Notes under the pieces: model-generated
Seen by the model: the letters and a program-made list of their open reading frames with translations, nothing else
Databases searched by the model: none
What the model was told of the DNA's origin: nothing
NCBI GenBank assembly: GCA_013239625.1
Contig: MU054323.1
Coordinates: 16,930,029-16,994,028 of the forward strand
DNA length: 64,000 nt
Origin: Lama guanicoe
Taxonomy: Eukaryota
Reading direction: 5' to 3'
Part shown: piece after piece, positions 62,621 to 64,000 of the stretch
How the letters are laid out: every line of letters begins with the position of its first letter
How positions within the stretch are numbered: position 1 is the stretch's first letter
Made by a program: the position numbers and the translations under genes

Positions 62621-63083
62621 TATGTTAGTTTCCTATGGCTGCTGTAACAAATTACTACAAACTCAGTGATTTAAAACAGCACAGACTCATTATCTTGCAG
62701 TTCTGGAGATCAGAACTTTAAAGTGGGTTTCACTGAGCTAAAATGAATGTGTCAGCAGGGCTGCATTCCTTCCAGAGGCTTTAGGGGGAATCAGTCCCTT
62801 TGACATTGTCCAGTTGCCTGCACTCCTTGGCTCCTGGTTGCTTCCTCCATCCTGAACGCCAGCAGCCCAGCATCTTCAACCTTCTGGCTTTATCTGCCTT
62901 CTTCATCCATCTTTTTAAGAATTCATGTGATCACCTTGGGGCCACCCAGATAATTCAGGATAATCCTCCATCTCAAAATCCTGAATTTAATCCCATCTGC
63001 AAAGTCCTTTTTGCCTTGTCAGGTAACACAGGCCCTGGGGATTAGGAAATGGACCTCTGCGGGCCATTACTCTGCCTACCACA
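62621..63083 (-). mobile_element. MLT1C/D-type MaLR solo LTR with 5-bp TSD CACCT
   Basis: GTTAGTTTCCTATGGCTGCTGTAACAAATTACTACAAACT...GGCCATTACTCTGCCTACCACA; CACCT at 62616-62620 and 63084-63088. Confidence 0.92.
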
Positions 63084-64000
63084 CACCTCTTCCCACCCAA
63101 CACCACCGCACCAGCATCTCCCTTCCGGCTCCAGTGGGCACAAGTACACTGCTCTTACCCATCCCAGCCCTTGTTCCATCCTTTCATAACTGCCTGTCAC
63201 AGGCCTGTCTTCTCTGAGCTTTACCTGCCTTGAGGACAAGGTCAGAATCTGGTTCCATATTGTCCCCCAAGTACCTCATAAGGCTCAATAAGTATTTTCT
63301 GAATAGAATTTTTAAAAATAAAATTACTCCTCTGATTGAAAACTCTTTGTGTCTCAGACCTGATCTGGTTTGCCTATGTTCAACTCTAGCCCAGGTCTTG
63401 TTTTCTTAGTGTTTACTACCTATTGTTGGCCTGATTGAAGAGCGTAGAGACAAAGTCAGAAGAGGGACACTTTATTAGGGGAAGGAAGGGGCCAGTAAAC
63501 AGCTCAAGGCTTGTCTATCAGTCCCAGATCAGGAAGGCAACTGGGGACAAGGCCCTGGCAGAAAGTCCTGGCAGGTTTTCCGAAGCAGGGATCCAGAAGA
63601 GAGGTTCCCCTCTAGGGTCACATGGGTGAGGCTGGACACTGTTGTCTGTAATTTCATCGCTGGCCAGAGCCAGATTCCTGCGACATAATAGGAATTCCAG
63701 GACAGCACACATGAGGCAGCAGCTGGACCGTCAGCCTCAGGCTAGATGAAGGCCGGGCCAGTGTGGCAGCCCCCACCGCCCCCCACCCCTACCCCTCCTC
63801 TTCCCCCACCAAAGCCCCCTCCCCATCTCCCTTTCCTTCCTATGTACTCCTGAATGCCAGACCCACACAGGGCAGACATTCAAGACAGTACTATCAAACT
63901 TCTAGCAACTTCAACAGCTGCTAGGACTGATGAGAAAAAAAAAAAATGTTAACAAATGACCCCTTTCCATCTGTTTTTAATAGAGGAAAGATTTACAAAA

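Noticed and set aside
1..64000. A named host gene or a novel multi-gene system
   Set aside because: I could not assemble any chain of recognisable coding exons, L1 orientations are mixed so they give no intron strand bias, and all clear structure is explained by known repeat classes. A genome BLAST is needed to identify the locus.

Overview
This is mammalian genomic DNA, not prokaryotic. A tRNA-derived SINE of the camelid Vic-1 type and several artiodactyl-type L1 3' ends point to a camelid (alpaca, llama or camel); this is inferred from recalled consensus sequences, not a database search. I recognise no host protein-coding gene, so the window looks intergenic or intronic. It is dense in old eutherian repeats (MIR, L2, L3/CR1, MER5, MER53, MER58, MER91-like, MLT1, LTR16, LTR33, L1M). 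It also holds younger insertions whose target-site duplications (TSDs) can be read directly: two 5'-truncated L1s (12.2-13.4 kb +, 60.1-60.6 kb -), a SINE (42.7 kb) and an ERV1-type solo LTR (32.8-33.2 kb). An older MLT1 LTR (62.6-63.1 kb) also keeps its TSD. The only convincing protein-like ORF is the L1 ORF2p C-terminus. Several repeat-free, CpG-retaining segments look like enhancer or promoter candidates (about 35.2-35.9 kb and 61.1-61.4 kb, among others), and there are a few unverified exon-like segments. I found no evidence for a novel biological system. Repeat family names and the boundaries of old repeats are approximate.
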